From Candidatus Saccharimonadota bacterium (lineage in GTDB: Bacteria > Patescibacteriota > Saccharimonadia > Saccharimonadales > UBA4665), in the NCBI GenBank assembly GCA_027315225.1, contig DAHUYJ010000002.1, positions 23,889 through 87,888 of the forward strand: 64,000 nt of DNA, written 5' to 3'. Within the stretch, counting starts at the first letter, position 1. The number at the start of each line of letters is the position of its first letter. The position numbers and the translations under genes are program-made. Under the pieces are notes generated by a model. It searched no databases. It saw only the letters and a program-made list of their open reading frames with translations, and had not been told where the DNA came from. Positions 8,257-17,399 of this stretch are shown here, in pieces.

Positions 8257-8907
8257 TCATCTTGTTTGCATGTGCTTGCTTGATAATAAGATCGCCCCGG
8301 CAATACCGAGTGTCCGGTCATACAGACCGGCAGTATCACCGCTAAAATCTATATCCATCTTGAAAAAGACCCCGATATTCATCTGCTCCTGGTATGCGCA
8401 TACCTGCTGGCCATTCATGGTAGCCACGAACGTCTGCGGCAGCACAGCGCCCATGCCGCCAAAGCGGCCCGCCATTGCTGTCATGGTGTTTTGGTCTATG
8501 GCGCCTATCGGATTATCGTTAGTGTCTAGTATGTCCCAGTGCTCTTTCACCATGGACTGCATGGCCTCTAGTTTGAAACCACCCATCTTTTGGCCATTGG
8601 CTGAGGTTACTTCGTAGGTTTTTGATACGGCTACCGCCTTGGTCTGCTGGATGGTGAACACAAGCTGCGTGGCAGCTTCGTCCCTGTAAACGTCTATATG
8701 CTCCTTGATGGTGAACATTTTTAGCTTGGCTACGCATACGAGGTTTTGCCCATCTGTGACGGCAAAACTCTCCCGGCCAAACTTAAACTCCTGGTTGATA
8801 AAAAAACAGTTGGGCGCAGCAGGTTGTTGCGGAATGTTTCCGGGTGGTGTAGGCGGCTGAGGTGGATTTTGGGGCGGTTGTTGGTAGGTGTTATCGTTGG
8901 GATTCAT
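8257..8907 (-). CDS. Scramblase/LURP1-like (Tubby-C-type fold) protein with Pro-rich N-terminus
   Basis: N-terminal PPQNPPQPPTPPG tract. The C-terminal FFKMDIDFSGD...RTLGIAGAILL pattern resembles the PLSCR C-terminal segment and helix. Assignment is by pattern only. Confidence 0.45.
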   Translation of the reverse strand: MNPNDNTYQQPPQNPPQPPTPPGNIPQQPAAPNCFFINQEFKFGRESFAVTDGQNLVCVAKLKMFTIKEHIDVYRDEAATQLVFTIQQTKAVAVSKTYEVTSANGQKMGGFKLEAMQSMVKEHWDILDTNDNPIGAIDQNTMTAMAGRFGGMGAVLPQTFVATMNGQQVCAYQEQMNIGVFFKMDIDFSGDTAGLYDRTLGIAGAILLSSKHMQTR

Positions 8908-8963
8908 GTTTTATTTTACGGGGTCGCCTTAAGTATACAGCATAGCCTTAGCAAAAACATCTA

Positions 8964-9040
8964 TGGTCGGGGAGACAGGATTTGAACCTGCGACCCCCGC
9001 GTCCCAAACGCGGTGCGCTACCGGACTGCGCCACTCCCCG
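8964..9040 (-). tRNA. tRNA-Pro (anticodon TGG), CCA encoded
   Basis: Reverse complement CGGGGAG...CTCCCCGACCA. Anticodon loop TTTGGGA. T-arm GCAGG-TTCAAAT-CCTGT. Confidence 0.9.
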
Positions 9041-9072
9041 AATTCATGAATTATAGCTGAACAGGATAGTTA

Positions 9073-9867
9073 TTACCACGTCCGGCGGATCGACTTTACG
9101 GCAACGGCGAGACCTTGCTCGTTGGATTGTACCAAGACGGCGTTGAACTGACGGCACCCGGTGGCCTCTAATTCGTTTCGTGTCTGTCTGCCATCATGCC
9201 AGCGTGGAATGATGCTGCCGTAGGTAACACCTAGCGAAGCGTCGAGCGCCCCGCACATCCCGACGTCCGTGATATGCGCCGTGTCTCCAGGCAGGACCCG
9301 AGCGTCAGCGGTAGGCACATGCCAATGGTCACCGACTACAGCCGTTACCCGACCATCAAGATAATGGCCGATAACAACTTTCTCACTGGAGTAGTCACCA
9401 TGAAAGTTAACTACCGTGGCGACTTTCGGCACATCTTTTTGGTCCTCCAGGATGCGGTCAATAACATGCAAGGGATTGTCCATTGGCTTATCGGCGTCCT
9501 TGCCAACAATTTGTCCGAGCAGGCTGACGACCAGGACCTGGCCGCCGCCTGCATTTATGTATTTCCAGCCGAGTCCTGGCGTGCCCGACGGATAGTTGGC
9601 CGGCCTGATGATCGGCTGGGCCGGATCGCTTAGAGCAGGGATAATTTCTTGGCGGTGCAAACTCCAATTGCCGCCGGTACAAAAGTCCACGCCGGCCGCC
9701 TGCATACGCTTGAAGTCCGCCGGGGTCGTTCCCTTGCCGTCGCTGACGTTCTCGGCCTGGGCAATTACCAGATCGACAGAGCGTTCCTTGCACAGCCCAG
9801 GCAGTTCCCGCTCAATCACTTCCAGGCCTACAGCCCCCATCACGTCGCCGACGTAGAGTAGGTTCAT
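9073..9867 (-). CDS. ymdB: YmdB-type metallophosphoesterase (TIGR00282 family)
   Basis: MNLLYVGDVMG..., NFHGD...SEK, GDHWHVPTAD and ITDVGMCG align along their length with B. subtilis YmdB. Lies in the rny neighbourhood. Confidence 0.85.
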   Translation of the reverse strand: MNLLYVGDVMGAVGLEVIERELPGLCKERSVDLVIAQAENVSDGKGTTPADFKRMQAAGVDFCTGGNWSLHRQEIIPALSDPAQPIIRPANYPSGTPGLGWKYINAGGGQVLVVSLLGQIVGKDADKPMDNPLHVIDRILEDQKDVPKVATVVNFHGDYSSEKVVIGHYLDGRVTAVVGDHWHVPTADARVLPGDTAHITDVGMCGALDASLGVTYGSIIPRWHDGRQTRNELEATGCRQFNAVLVQSNEQGLAVAVKSIRRTW

Positions 9868-10433
9868 GCTACTCGCTGGTCGATGATTTCAAGCAGCTCA
9901 GGGAACTTGGTAAAGCGTTTATCAAGCCCTAGGGAGAAATGCTTCATGCCGTCAAACGTCACGAATTCCCCGTCCAGTTGTTCGCATAAATGCCGGGCTT
10001 CCTCGATCGGGCAAATAGGGTCGTCTTTGGAGTGCACGAAAATAAATTTGCGGGCTTTTTGCTTGATAGCTTCAAAATCAAACGGCTTGTCGAACAGTTC
10101 CCTGAGCATTCCCCAGCTGGGACTTTCGCTCAAGCGCTTGGTGAAGGCACCGGCCAGGATCGCAGTGCCGATTTTGGTATCCTGAGGCAGCGCTTGCAGC
10201 AATCCGAGGATAGCAACCGAACCCGAAGAGTGGCCGATAACCAGATTGTCCGTGAAGTCCCAGTCGCCGCCAAGCAGAAGCTCGTTATACCGCTCGATAT
10301 TCGGCCGATCGGCTCCCGGCAGGTCTGGTACCCAGACCGTATAGCCGCGGCTTTCCAGCTCCGCCCTGATCCACGGGAACCAGTTGCTGGTGTGGTCGGC
10401 ACCTGTGCCATGCAAAATAACAGCCCGTTTCAT
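9864..10433 (-). CDS. Alpha/beta serine hydrolase, YdeN/RBBP9-like
   Basis: ILHGTG..., nucleophile elbow GHSSGS, about 190 aa. Stop overlaps the ymdB start. Confidence 0.65.
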   Translation of the reverse strand: MKRAVILHGTGADHTSNWFPWIRAELESRGYTVWVPDLPGADRPNIERYNELLLGGDWDFTDNLVIGHSSGSVAILGLLQALPQDTKIGTAILAGAFTKRLSESPSWGMLRELFDKPFDFEAIKQKARKFIFVHSKDDPICPIEEARHLCEQLDGEFVTFDGMKHFSLGLDKRFTKFPELLEIIDQRVA

Positions 10434-10459
10434 GGTATCTATTGTACCGCGGCCGCGGC

Positions 10460-11968
10460 TTACTTGGCGAATTCTACTGCGCGGGTTTCGCGGATGACGT
10501 TAACCTTGATTGTGCCTGGGTACTGCATGGTTGACTCGATCTTGGTGGCAATATCGCGGGCCAGCTTGATAGCGCTCAGGTCATCGACAGACTGCGGTTT
10601 AACGAACACCCGGACTTCGCGGCCGGCGCTGATAGCGTAGGACTTTTCGATGCCCTTGAAGCTGTTGGCAACGTTTTCCAGGTCTTTCATGCGCTCAACA
10701 AAGTTTTCAGCACTGATATTGCGTGCGCCTGGGCGGGCTGCGCTGATAGCGTCAACGGTCCGGATGATCAGTGCTTCAACGGTGGTCGCTTCGACATCGT
10801 CATGATGCTGCTCAGCAGCCAGAGCGACTTCCTCCGGCGCACCGTATTTGCGCAAGACCTCACCGCTGATGTGGTGGTGCTTGCCTTCCATCTTGTGCGT
10901 CAGGGCCTTGCCGATATCATGAACCAACGCGGCATATTTGGCGGTCTTGACGTCAGCGCCAACCTCTTCGGCGATCACCGCAGCCATATGAGCCATCTCG
11001 GTAGAATGCTTAAGGACATTCTGGCCGTAACTAGTGCGGTACTTGAGCTCTCCAAGCAGGTGCAGGATCTCCTTAGGGATGCCGACGATGCCGACTTCGC
11101 GGGCGGCGTCCTCGCCAGCCCGGATGACGTCTTTCTCAACGTTCTTCTGGGCTTTGGCGACAACCTCTTCAATACGTCCGGGGTGAATGCGGCCGTCTTT
11201 CATCAGCATTTCCATGGACTGGCGCGCGACCTCGCGACGAACCGGATCAAAGCTGCTGAGCACAACGTAGCCAGGGGTATCGTCGACCATGATGTCAACA
11301 CCTGTAGCCCGCTGCAGGGCTTGGATATTGCGGCCTTCTTTGCCGATGATGCGTCCTTTCATCTCTTCGTCTTCCAGCTTGACGCTGGTGATGGTCCGCT
11401 CCGCCGTAACTTCACTAGCCATGCGCTCCATGGCCGTGGTTATAATCAGCGCGGCTTGCTCTTCAGCGTTATCCCGGGCTTCGTTTTGCAACTTGTTGAC
11501 CAGGTTAACCAGGTCATCCCGGACATCGCGCTCGGTCATTTGCATGAGCTTTTCCGTGGCATCAGCTTTACTGAGCTTGGCGATTTTTTCCAGCTTGTCC
11601 TGCTGCTTGGAGCGAATTTCCCGGATTTCGTTTTTGAGCTGCTCGATTTCGTCTTCATTCTTACGAAGGTCCTGGTTGCGCTTGTCCAGGTCATCGAGTT
11701 TCTTGTCCAGATTTTCCTCACGCGTGATCAGGCGTTGCTCCAGCTCCTTCAGTTCGCGGCGGCGAGTTTGTTCCTCCTTGCGGGCGTCATCTACGGACTT
11801 GTTCGCTTCCTCTCGGGCCTGCTCGACGAGCTTCTCGGCCTCTTTTTTAGCTTTTTGAAGTTCTCTTTTTGTCTGTTCCTCCGCGGAGCCTACGCGTTGT
11901 TTGTTGATAACCGCATTGGCACCAAAGCCAACAACCAGCCCCACTATAGCGAGCACTATTGCTAACAT
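10460..11968 (-). CDS. rny: Ribonuclease Y
   Basis: N-terminal TM, long K/E-rich coiled coil, KH domain (IIGKEGRNIQ), HD domain (HDIGK). SD GAAAGGAAAC. Confidence 0.95.
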   Translation of the reverse strand: MLAIVLAIVGLVVGFGANAVINKQRVGSAEEQTKRELQKAKKEAEKLVEQAREEANKSVDDARKEEQTRRRELKELEQRLITREENLDKKLDDLDKRNQDLRKNEDEIEQLKNEIREIRSKQQDKLEKIAKLSKADATEKLMQMTERDVRDDLVNLVNKLQNEARDNAEEQAALIITTAMERMASEVTAERTITSVKLEDEEMKGRIIGKEGRNIQALQRATGVDIMVDDTPGYVVLSSFDPVRREVARQSMEMLMKDGRIHPGRIEEVVAKAQKNVEKDVIRAGEDAAREVGIVGIPKEILHLLGELKYRTSYGQNVLKHSTEMAHMAAVIAEEVGADVKTAKYAALVHDIGKALTHKMEGKHHHISGEVLRKYGAPEEVALAAEQHHDDVEATTVEALIIRTVDAISAARPGARNISAENFVERMKDLENVANSFKGIEKSYAISAGREVRVFVKPQSVDDLSAIKLARDIATKIESTMQYPGTIKVNVIRETRAVEFAK

Positions 11969-12180
11969 GTTGTTTCCTTTCTGTGCGCAGAAAAGTCTGA
12001 TCAGACAATCGCTATCACTTCTCTAGTCCGAAAAAACTAATCTGAAAGCCAAAGTAAAATAAATGATTTAGAATTCCAGAATCTGCTGCGCTTTTCAGAC
12101 AATGTCTCAAACGTGGCAATTCCTGCCCCAAATATACGCCACGCCGCGCCGGCTGGTCAACTCCGGGCAGTGGATAAGGT

Positions 12181-13290
12181 TCAAACCTGCTGGGCGAACA
12201 CTATCACCCGCTCGTTGAACTCGCTGGTCCCGTGGATGACCTGTCCGGTACAGGTAATAAGGTTCAGCCCGGACTTGCCGGGAGTAACTGGGGTCATGGC
12301 GGCTTTCATGTCGACATTGTTGGTGTTATAAATTTGTTTTTTGACGACCTTGTAATTGAGTACGGTTCCGTCGCCGCGTACGATCTGTATTTTGTCGCCG
12401 GGTATCAGGGTATGCAGGCCATAGAACACGCCATGGGCCGTCCAGCTGGAAACGTGGCCATCAATGAGCGTAGCACCCGGCTGGCCGGGTTTGGCGCTGC
12501 CGGTGTACCAGGCTGTATCAAACACATTGTCCGGCGTCCCGAGAGCGCCTGACTTGGTCACCCCCACCTGCAAGACCCGGGCATAGACGCCGAGCTTGGG
12601 TATTTTTATGTACCGCGGCAGATTAGGGGCCACGGTGTATTCGTTGAAGGCGTTGGCACTCGGTTTGGTAGTGCTCGGCACCGGGCTGTTTTGACTGTTC
12701 CCTTGCGAGTTGTTTGCTTTTTTGGCAAGCGCCGCGACTTGGACGGCAGCATTGTGGTCAGTTTGTTCTGTCTGGAAGGTTACGGCCAAGCCAGCCACAA
12801 AAATCAGGCAGGCCATACCCACAAGCGCCAACTGCACCTTGGTGTAGCGCGTCTGGCGAAGTAGTGAGCGGTGCTTCCTGAACGGAGAGCGGACAGATTG
12901 CCGGTTAAGTACGCGGGAGCGCTGCGGGCGGAGTTCGGCTGGCGTGGCGAAAGGTTGTGGTTCCACCAGGGCTATAGAAGATACGGGCGGCATAGCTTGG
13001 GACTGCATTTGCTGTGGTTCCTGGGGTTGGGGGGTTTCAAAGTTTGGAGACGTGGGCTCTGCTCGTGGCGACTCCGGAAGAGGTTGCATCCAGATCGGCA
13101 CAAGCTTTTCGGGCGACGAAGGAGAGGCACCTGGTTGGCGTTGTCTGACCTGTTGATCGAAGTAACGGGTCCTGGTGCGTGCCGGACGGCGCACGTGTCC
13201 GGCAGCAAACGACCGCTGATAGAACAGCGGTCGTCGCAAACGCCCGTTAAATGCGGGATTATCCAGACCGATATGCGCCGATTCGGCCAT
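12181..13290 (-). CDS. Sortase-family transpeptidase with long disordered N-terminal region
   Basis: Single TM, then catalytic-domain motifs LIDGHV (His) and LNLITCTG (TLxTC-type Cys). Adjacent to a candidate substrate. Confidence 0.72.
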   Translation of the reverse strand: MAESAHIGLDNPAFNGRLRRPLFYQRSFAAGHVRRPARTRTRYFDQQVRQRQPGASPSSPEKLVPIWMQPLPESPRAEPTSPNFETPQPQEPQQMQSQAMPPVSSIALVEPQPFATPAELRPQRSRVLNRQSVRSPFRKHRSLLRQTRYTKVQLALVGMACLIFVAGLAVTFQTEQTDHNAAVQVAALAKKANNSQGNSQNSPVPSTTKPSANAFNEYTVAPNLPRYIKIPKLGVYARVLQVGVTKSGALGTPDNVFDTAWYTGSAKPGQPGATLIDGHVSSWTAHGVFYGLHTLIPGDKIQIVRGDGTVLNYKVVKKQIYNTNNVDMKAAMTPVTPGKSGLNLITCTGQVIHGTSEFNERVIVFAQQV

Positions 13291-13325
13291 ACAACCTCAT
13301 ATTTTTCTTTTTTAATGTCTGCCAG

Positions 13326-14954
13326 TTAACGCTTGACCGGTTTCAGCCGGCGGGCGATAACGACCAGGCTGAAGGCAGCAATGATGGAAGCGGTCAGTGT
13401 TTCCCGGGGATGAGCAGCGACCAAACCAAAGCCGGTGTCCGGAGTGCCAGGAGCCTTGGTGTTACTTGCGCTAGCGGTGACAGTGGCAGTTGGTTTAGCC
13501 ACAGTCAACACAACATCATTGCCGCTGGTGCCGCCTTTATAGGTAATTTCGAATTTAGTAGTACCCACTTCAAACACTGCGCCTTCGCTTAACCCGCTAA
13601 ACGCACCATTAATGGGGCTACCGCTCTCGTTCTTTAGTATGTCAAAAGTCTGACCTGGGCTTGGTGAAAAGTTGCTTAGGAGGTTAACATCCAACGAGCC
13701 GCCGTTAAGATTAACGTTTCCCTTAACGACAAGCTGGCTGTAGTCCGTACAAGCCGTGTTGCCAGGACTTTGTATATCCTCTTGATAGACTCCGGCATCA
13801 TTGTAATCGCCGCTAACTGTCAGGCAGCCTGGGCTATGACCAGGTGCAGTCCTACCGCCGTTGTTCAATGTTAGTGTACCGACCGTGCCGTTGCCCTTCA
13901 ACGTACCGCCACTATTAACGGTCGTGTCGCCCATGACACCATCCACAAGATAGGTCTCTTGATCATTTACGGTTAGTGCTTGTGATGAGCTTGCAGAAGA
14001 GGGTATGGTTACACTTAGCTGGCTGGTCATGCCCGAATATTTAGAAAGGGTATAGCCAGATGGGATAAGGTTTTCGAAGATCATCGAGTTTGGGCTATAA
14101 ACAGTTGTATTTCCAGTTAAGCTAATGGTACCGGAGAATGTGACACCTGAGATTATTGCCCCTTCGGAACCATTTACTCCGGTACCGGCCATGTTAATGT
14201 CTTGAGTAACGGTGCCGGTGGGGCTAAATGTACCGCCGCTATCTATGGTAATAGTGCCGGCAGCTCCTAGAGTACTAGACTGGGCACTTAGTTCACCGCC
14301 GCTATCTATGGTGATATTACCAGAAAAGCTGTTGCTAGAATTAGTCAGGTAAGCGGTTGTAGTATCACTTGCAGATATATCCCCTACACTTATGTCCCCA
14401 GCTCCTGTGATCTGGTCACCAATATAGGCCTCCAAGTCGCCGGTTCCACTTATAGTAAGGCTGTTGCCGTTGGTATTTAAGACTGCATTCTCTAAGTTGA
14501 TGATGTTTGATGAGCCCCCGGTTATGTTACCATTAATAGTTACTGCGGTATTCAGCGTAATATTGGTGCTTATTTTCGTATTGGAGCTGCTGCCTACTGT
14601 TATATTGCCGTCAAGTACAAAGGGATTACCCGTTACGTCATAGGAACCCGTAAACGTCATGCCACCTACTACAAGACCAGTCATATCGTCGTCAGTAGTA
14701 CCGGAGGCGCTAGGAAAGACGAGTAGGTCGTCATTTGCGGGTGGCTGAGTTGCTGCGGTGTTGCCTACGTCCCAGTTACCAGGCACGCTCCAGCAGTTAG
14801 ACGTACAGCCACTGCCGCCGCCCGTACTGCTATAGGCATCGGTCCAGGTGTACGTGGCTGCTGCCGCGTGGGCTGTCGGGAGATAAATACTTAATAATGA
14901 AGACAAGCTCAGCACAGAGGCCGCGCCGAGCTGCAAAAGCCTTTTGAGAATCAT
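13326..14954 (-). CDS. Secreted beta-helix surface protein (autotransporter-associated beta-strand-type repeats) with C-terminal sorting-signal-like tail
   Basis: Signal peptide MILKRLLQLGAASVLS...AHA with SD AAAGGA (the longer GTG start at 15023 is less likely). Repeated G/N/T-rich beta-strand repeats. C-terminus PGTPDTG, a hydrophobic stretch, then RRLKPVKR. Confidence 0.62.
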   Translation of the reverse strand: MILKRLLQLGAASVLSLSSLLSIYLPTAHAAAATYTWTDAYSSTGGGSGCTSNCWSVPGNWDVGNTAATQPPANDDLLVFPSASGTTDDDMTGLVVGGMTFTGSYDVTGNPFVLDGNITVGSSSNTKISTNITLNTAVTINGNITGGSSNIINLENAVLNTNGNSLTISGTGDLEAYIGDQITGAGDISVGDISASDTTTAYLTNSSNSFSGNITIDSGGELSAQSSTLGAAGTITIDSGGTFSPTGTVTQDINMAGTGVNGSEGAIISGVTFSGTISLTGNTTVYSPNSMIFENLIPSGYTLSKYSGMTSQLSVTIPSSASSSQALTVNDQETYLVDGVMGDTTVNSGGTLKGNGTVGTLTLNNGGRTAPGHSPGCLTVSGDYNDAGVYQEDIQSPGNTACTDYSQLVVKGNVNLNGGSLDVNLLSNFSPSPGQTFDILKNESGSPINGAFSGLSEGAVFEVGTTKFEITYKGGTSGNDVVLTVAKPTATVTASASNTKAPGTPDTGFGLVAAHPRETLTASIIAAFSLVVIARRLKPVKR

Positions 14955-15050
14955 TTTCAGCAGTCCTTTTGTTTTTTGATTTGCTATTTGAGTTTTGCTA
15001 TTCCGCTTACGATTGTAGCGCACTGGTCTTGGTTGTCAAACTACACCGTA

Positions 15051-15452
15051 CTACTTTTGTGGCGGCGTTATGTGCGGCGGCGCGCCGTATTCAGGTACAA
15101 TAACTTGATCCTTGCCAGCTTTACCGATTCTTTGAAGGCCTTTTTTGATCCAGTCGTCATCCTCATCCCCCTGTTCACCGACGATCGGGATTTGCAAGCC
15201 ATACGCCAGGGCGTTTGCGGCGCTCAGCCCGATGCGCAGACCCGTGAAGCTGCCCGGTCCTTTAAAAGCTACGATGCCGCCAAGATCCTCAAGTGTACGT
15301 TCCTGGGACTCCAGCAACTCCTTTATCTTAGTATGAATCGTTTCGGCCAGTTGGCGATGAGCCGTCCAGACTGAGTAGGCCAGTTTGGTGTCGCCGTCAA
15401 ACAGGCCGATCTCAGCCTCCGGTTTATCAGTGCGGACAGTGAGTGTCAACAT
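15051..15452 (-). CDS. tsaB: tRNA t6A37 biosynthesis protein TsaB (short, N-terminal domain only)
   Basis: IAFKGPGSFTGLRIGLSAANALA motif. Only 133 aa versus about 230 for typical TsaB. Confidence 0.7.
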   Translation of the reverse strand: MLTLTVRTDKPEAEIGLFDGDTKLAYSVWTAHRQLAETIHTKIKELLESQERTLEDLGGIVAFKGPGSFTGLRIGLSAANALAYGLQIPIVGEQGDEDDDWIKKGLQRIGKAGKDQVIVPEYGAPPHITPPQK

Positions 15453-15455
15453 GCC

Positions 15456-15929
15456 TTAACGCTCCGTTTCTTGGGGTAGTAAATAGTTCAATTTCTTGGG
15501 GTATGTAAAAGTAAGCTGGCGGCTGTCTTCTCCGGTAGGTTTTATCTGAATCGTTAGCCGCTCCGGCGGTAAGGCAACGCCCGCGGACTCGGCCCACTCA
15601 ATCGCAACCGATGATTCCGGGTCATTGAGTACTTCGGCCAAGGCCTGGCCCATAATGCCCGGGTCTTCCAGCCGATAAAAGTCGAAGTGATGAAGCGTCA
15701 ATTTTGGCGCACGGTACTGGTGACTTAGCGTGAAGCTGGGACTGCGCACCGGATCTTGGCTGCCCATGCCACGAGCCAGTCCGCGGACAAACGTTGTCTT
15801 GCCGCCGCCTAGGTCGCTGACCAGCTCGATGACTTCGCCGCCCCGCATATTACGCCCGACCTGCACGGCGAGCTTTAAGGTAGCATCTGAGCTGGTAGAT
15901 TCGGTTTGCCATGTCCGCCCGGTACTCAT
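15456..15929 (-). CDS. tsaE: tRNA t6A37 biosynthesis ATPase TsaE
   Basis: Walker A LVSDLGGGKTTFVRG, then SPSFTL and HFDFYRL motifs. Start chosen at ATG 15929 (MSTGRTW...), which overlaps the upstream gene by 80 nt. Confidence 0.78.
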   Translation of the reverse strand: MSTGRTWQTESTSSDATLKLAVQVGRNMRGGEVIELVSDLGGGKTTFVRGLARGMGSQDPVRSPSFTLSHQYRAPKLTLHHFDFYRLEDPGIMGQALAEVLNDPESSVAIEWAESAGVALPPERLTIQIKPTGEDSRQLTFTYPKKLNYLLPQETER

Positions 15930-17271
15930 ATGCCCCGTATAGTAGCGCGAGGCCGGCAACAACGGCAAGCGTCCACGTATGTATAGGTGTAATCTCTGCG
16001 GCGTTAGAGACCCCGCCGGAAGCACCGGAGCCCGTACCCGTTTTTGCAGCGACGGTGCCTGCTTGGGACCTGGCGCTGTTCTTTTTGGAGGAAGATTTTT
16101 TGCTCGCGGAAGCTGGTTGCTTAATAACGTTAGCTTTTCCGGGGGTCGGATCTAACGTCCAGTACCACTGGCCTTTTGCCAATGCCCAGGACAAGCCGTC
16201 TTTGGCATCGCCGTACACTCCGGTTGCAGCAATTGCGTTGCCGTAAGGGTCCAGTAATTTTACCTGGCCGCCGCTGTTGCTAAGGCTCAGGCCGGTCTTG
16301 GCAGAATAAAAACTCGTGAAGGCGCCAGGAGCAAGCTGCATGCCGGACGGAAAAGCAAAGTGATGAAGGCTTTTGGTGCCGGACTGTAAACTGAAGTTGC
16401 TCAGGTCGAAGCTAGTCTTATTCGGATTGTAAAGTTCTACGAACTCGTCGGTGCCGTCATTGCCTGTACCGTTGGGGTTGGGAAGGATCTCGGTTATTTG
16501 TGGTGACTTGAGGCCTGAATCGCCTGGAGGTAGTCCAGGCGGGGCGTTGGCAGGCTCGTCAGTGGTCGAGACGATGGTGGCCGGCGGTTCGACTGGCGGC
16601 AAGAGCTGGTCAGATGCGGGTTGGATATTCGCCAGCGAGCCGGAGGCGCTGTAGAGCTTGCACGGGTCATCGGGATCCGGCTGAATAGTTTGCCACGTAC
16701 CTGACCCGGGTGCATTGATGGCAGGATTGCCCGTCACGTCAAGCGGTTGACGTCTCAAAAAAGCGTTGTCATTGCCGGGTAGGGTCTGTATACCGGCCAT
16801 GGTCGTTTTTGACCAGCTAATGGAATCCTGCAGGACAGGCGTGACCGGACTACCCGGGGTGGTTTGGTTAAAAGCCAGGACCTCAACCAGCCCTGCCAGG
16901 CTTGAGAACCCCAATGATACTGAGTCAACTGTCGCCTGATAGCATAGCGCGACCGGGCCGTCGACGATCATAAAGTACCCATGCGGCGGTACAACCCCTG
17001 ACAGGCTGACCAGTTTGCTGCTGGTGGCCTCGCTGAGGTTGTAGTTATTGAAATACTCCAGCCGGTACCGATCCATCTCTAACGCCTGGCCGCTGGCGTT
17101 ATAAAGTGTGATGAACTGGCCGTTACTGCTGGTAACTTTAGCCTGGCTAATGATGAGGGAGGAGACATTAGCCACATCTGCCTGGACGGGTTGGGGCAAT
17201 CCGGCCAAGAGCAGACTGAGCGCTATGGCGCCCACGTTTCCAGCCCGAAGTATTGCCTGTATCCGCCGCAT
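15850..17271 (-). CDS. Lamin-tail-domain (LTD) surface protein with C-terminal TM anchor
   Basis: Two LTD-like segments (ITEILPNPNGTGNDGTDEFVELYNP; IISQAKV...FITLYNAS). Signal peptide starts from ATG 17271. C-terminal helix WTLAVVAGLALLYGAY. Confidence 0.68.
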   Translation of the reverse strand: MRRIQAILRAGNVGAIALSLLLAGLPQPVQADVANVSSLIISQAKVTSSNGQFITLYNASGQALEMDRYRLEYFNNYNLSEATSSKLVSLSGVVPPHGYFMIVDGPVALCYQATVDSVSLGFSSLAGLVEVLAFNQTTPGSPVTPVLQDSISWSKTTMAGIQTLPGNDNAFLRRQPLDVTGNPAINAPGSGTWQTIQPDPDDPCKLYSASGSLANIQPASDQLLPPVEPPATIVSTTDEPANAPPGLPPGDSGLKSPQITEILPNPNGTGNDGTDEFVELYNPNKTSFDLSNFSLQSGTKSLHHFAFPSGMQLAPGAFTSFYSAKTGLSLSNSGGQVKLLDPYGNAIAATGVYGDAKDGLSWALAKGQWYWTLDPTPGKANVIKQPASASKKSSSKKNSARSQAGTVAAKTGTGSGASGGVSNAAEITPIHTWTLAVVAGLALLYGAYEYRADMANRIYQLRCYLKARRAGRA

Positions 17272-17399
17272 GGTGATGGGATTGTAGAGACCTATTCGGC
17301 TCATCACAAGCACCAGCGTTTTGGAAGTACCCGGGACGTTAAATACAGTTAATATATGTGGACTGGCGGACTACACAAGAGCCGCGCTATACTTAAAAG

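Noticed and set aside
10802-11965. 387-aa ORF on the + strand, antisense to rny
   Set aside because: It lies entirely inside the well-supported RNase Y gene. The translation is low-complexity and L/F/D-rich, mirroring the K/E-rich coiled coil. There is no SD or promoter.
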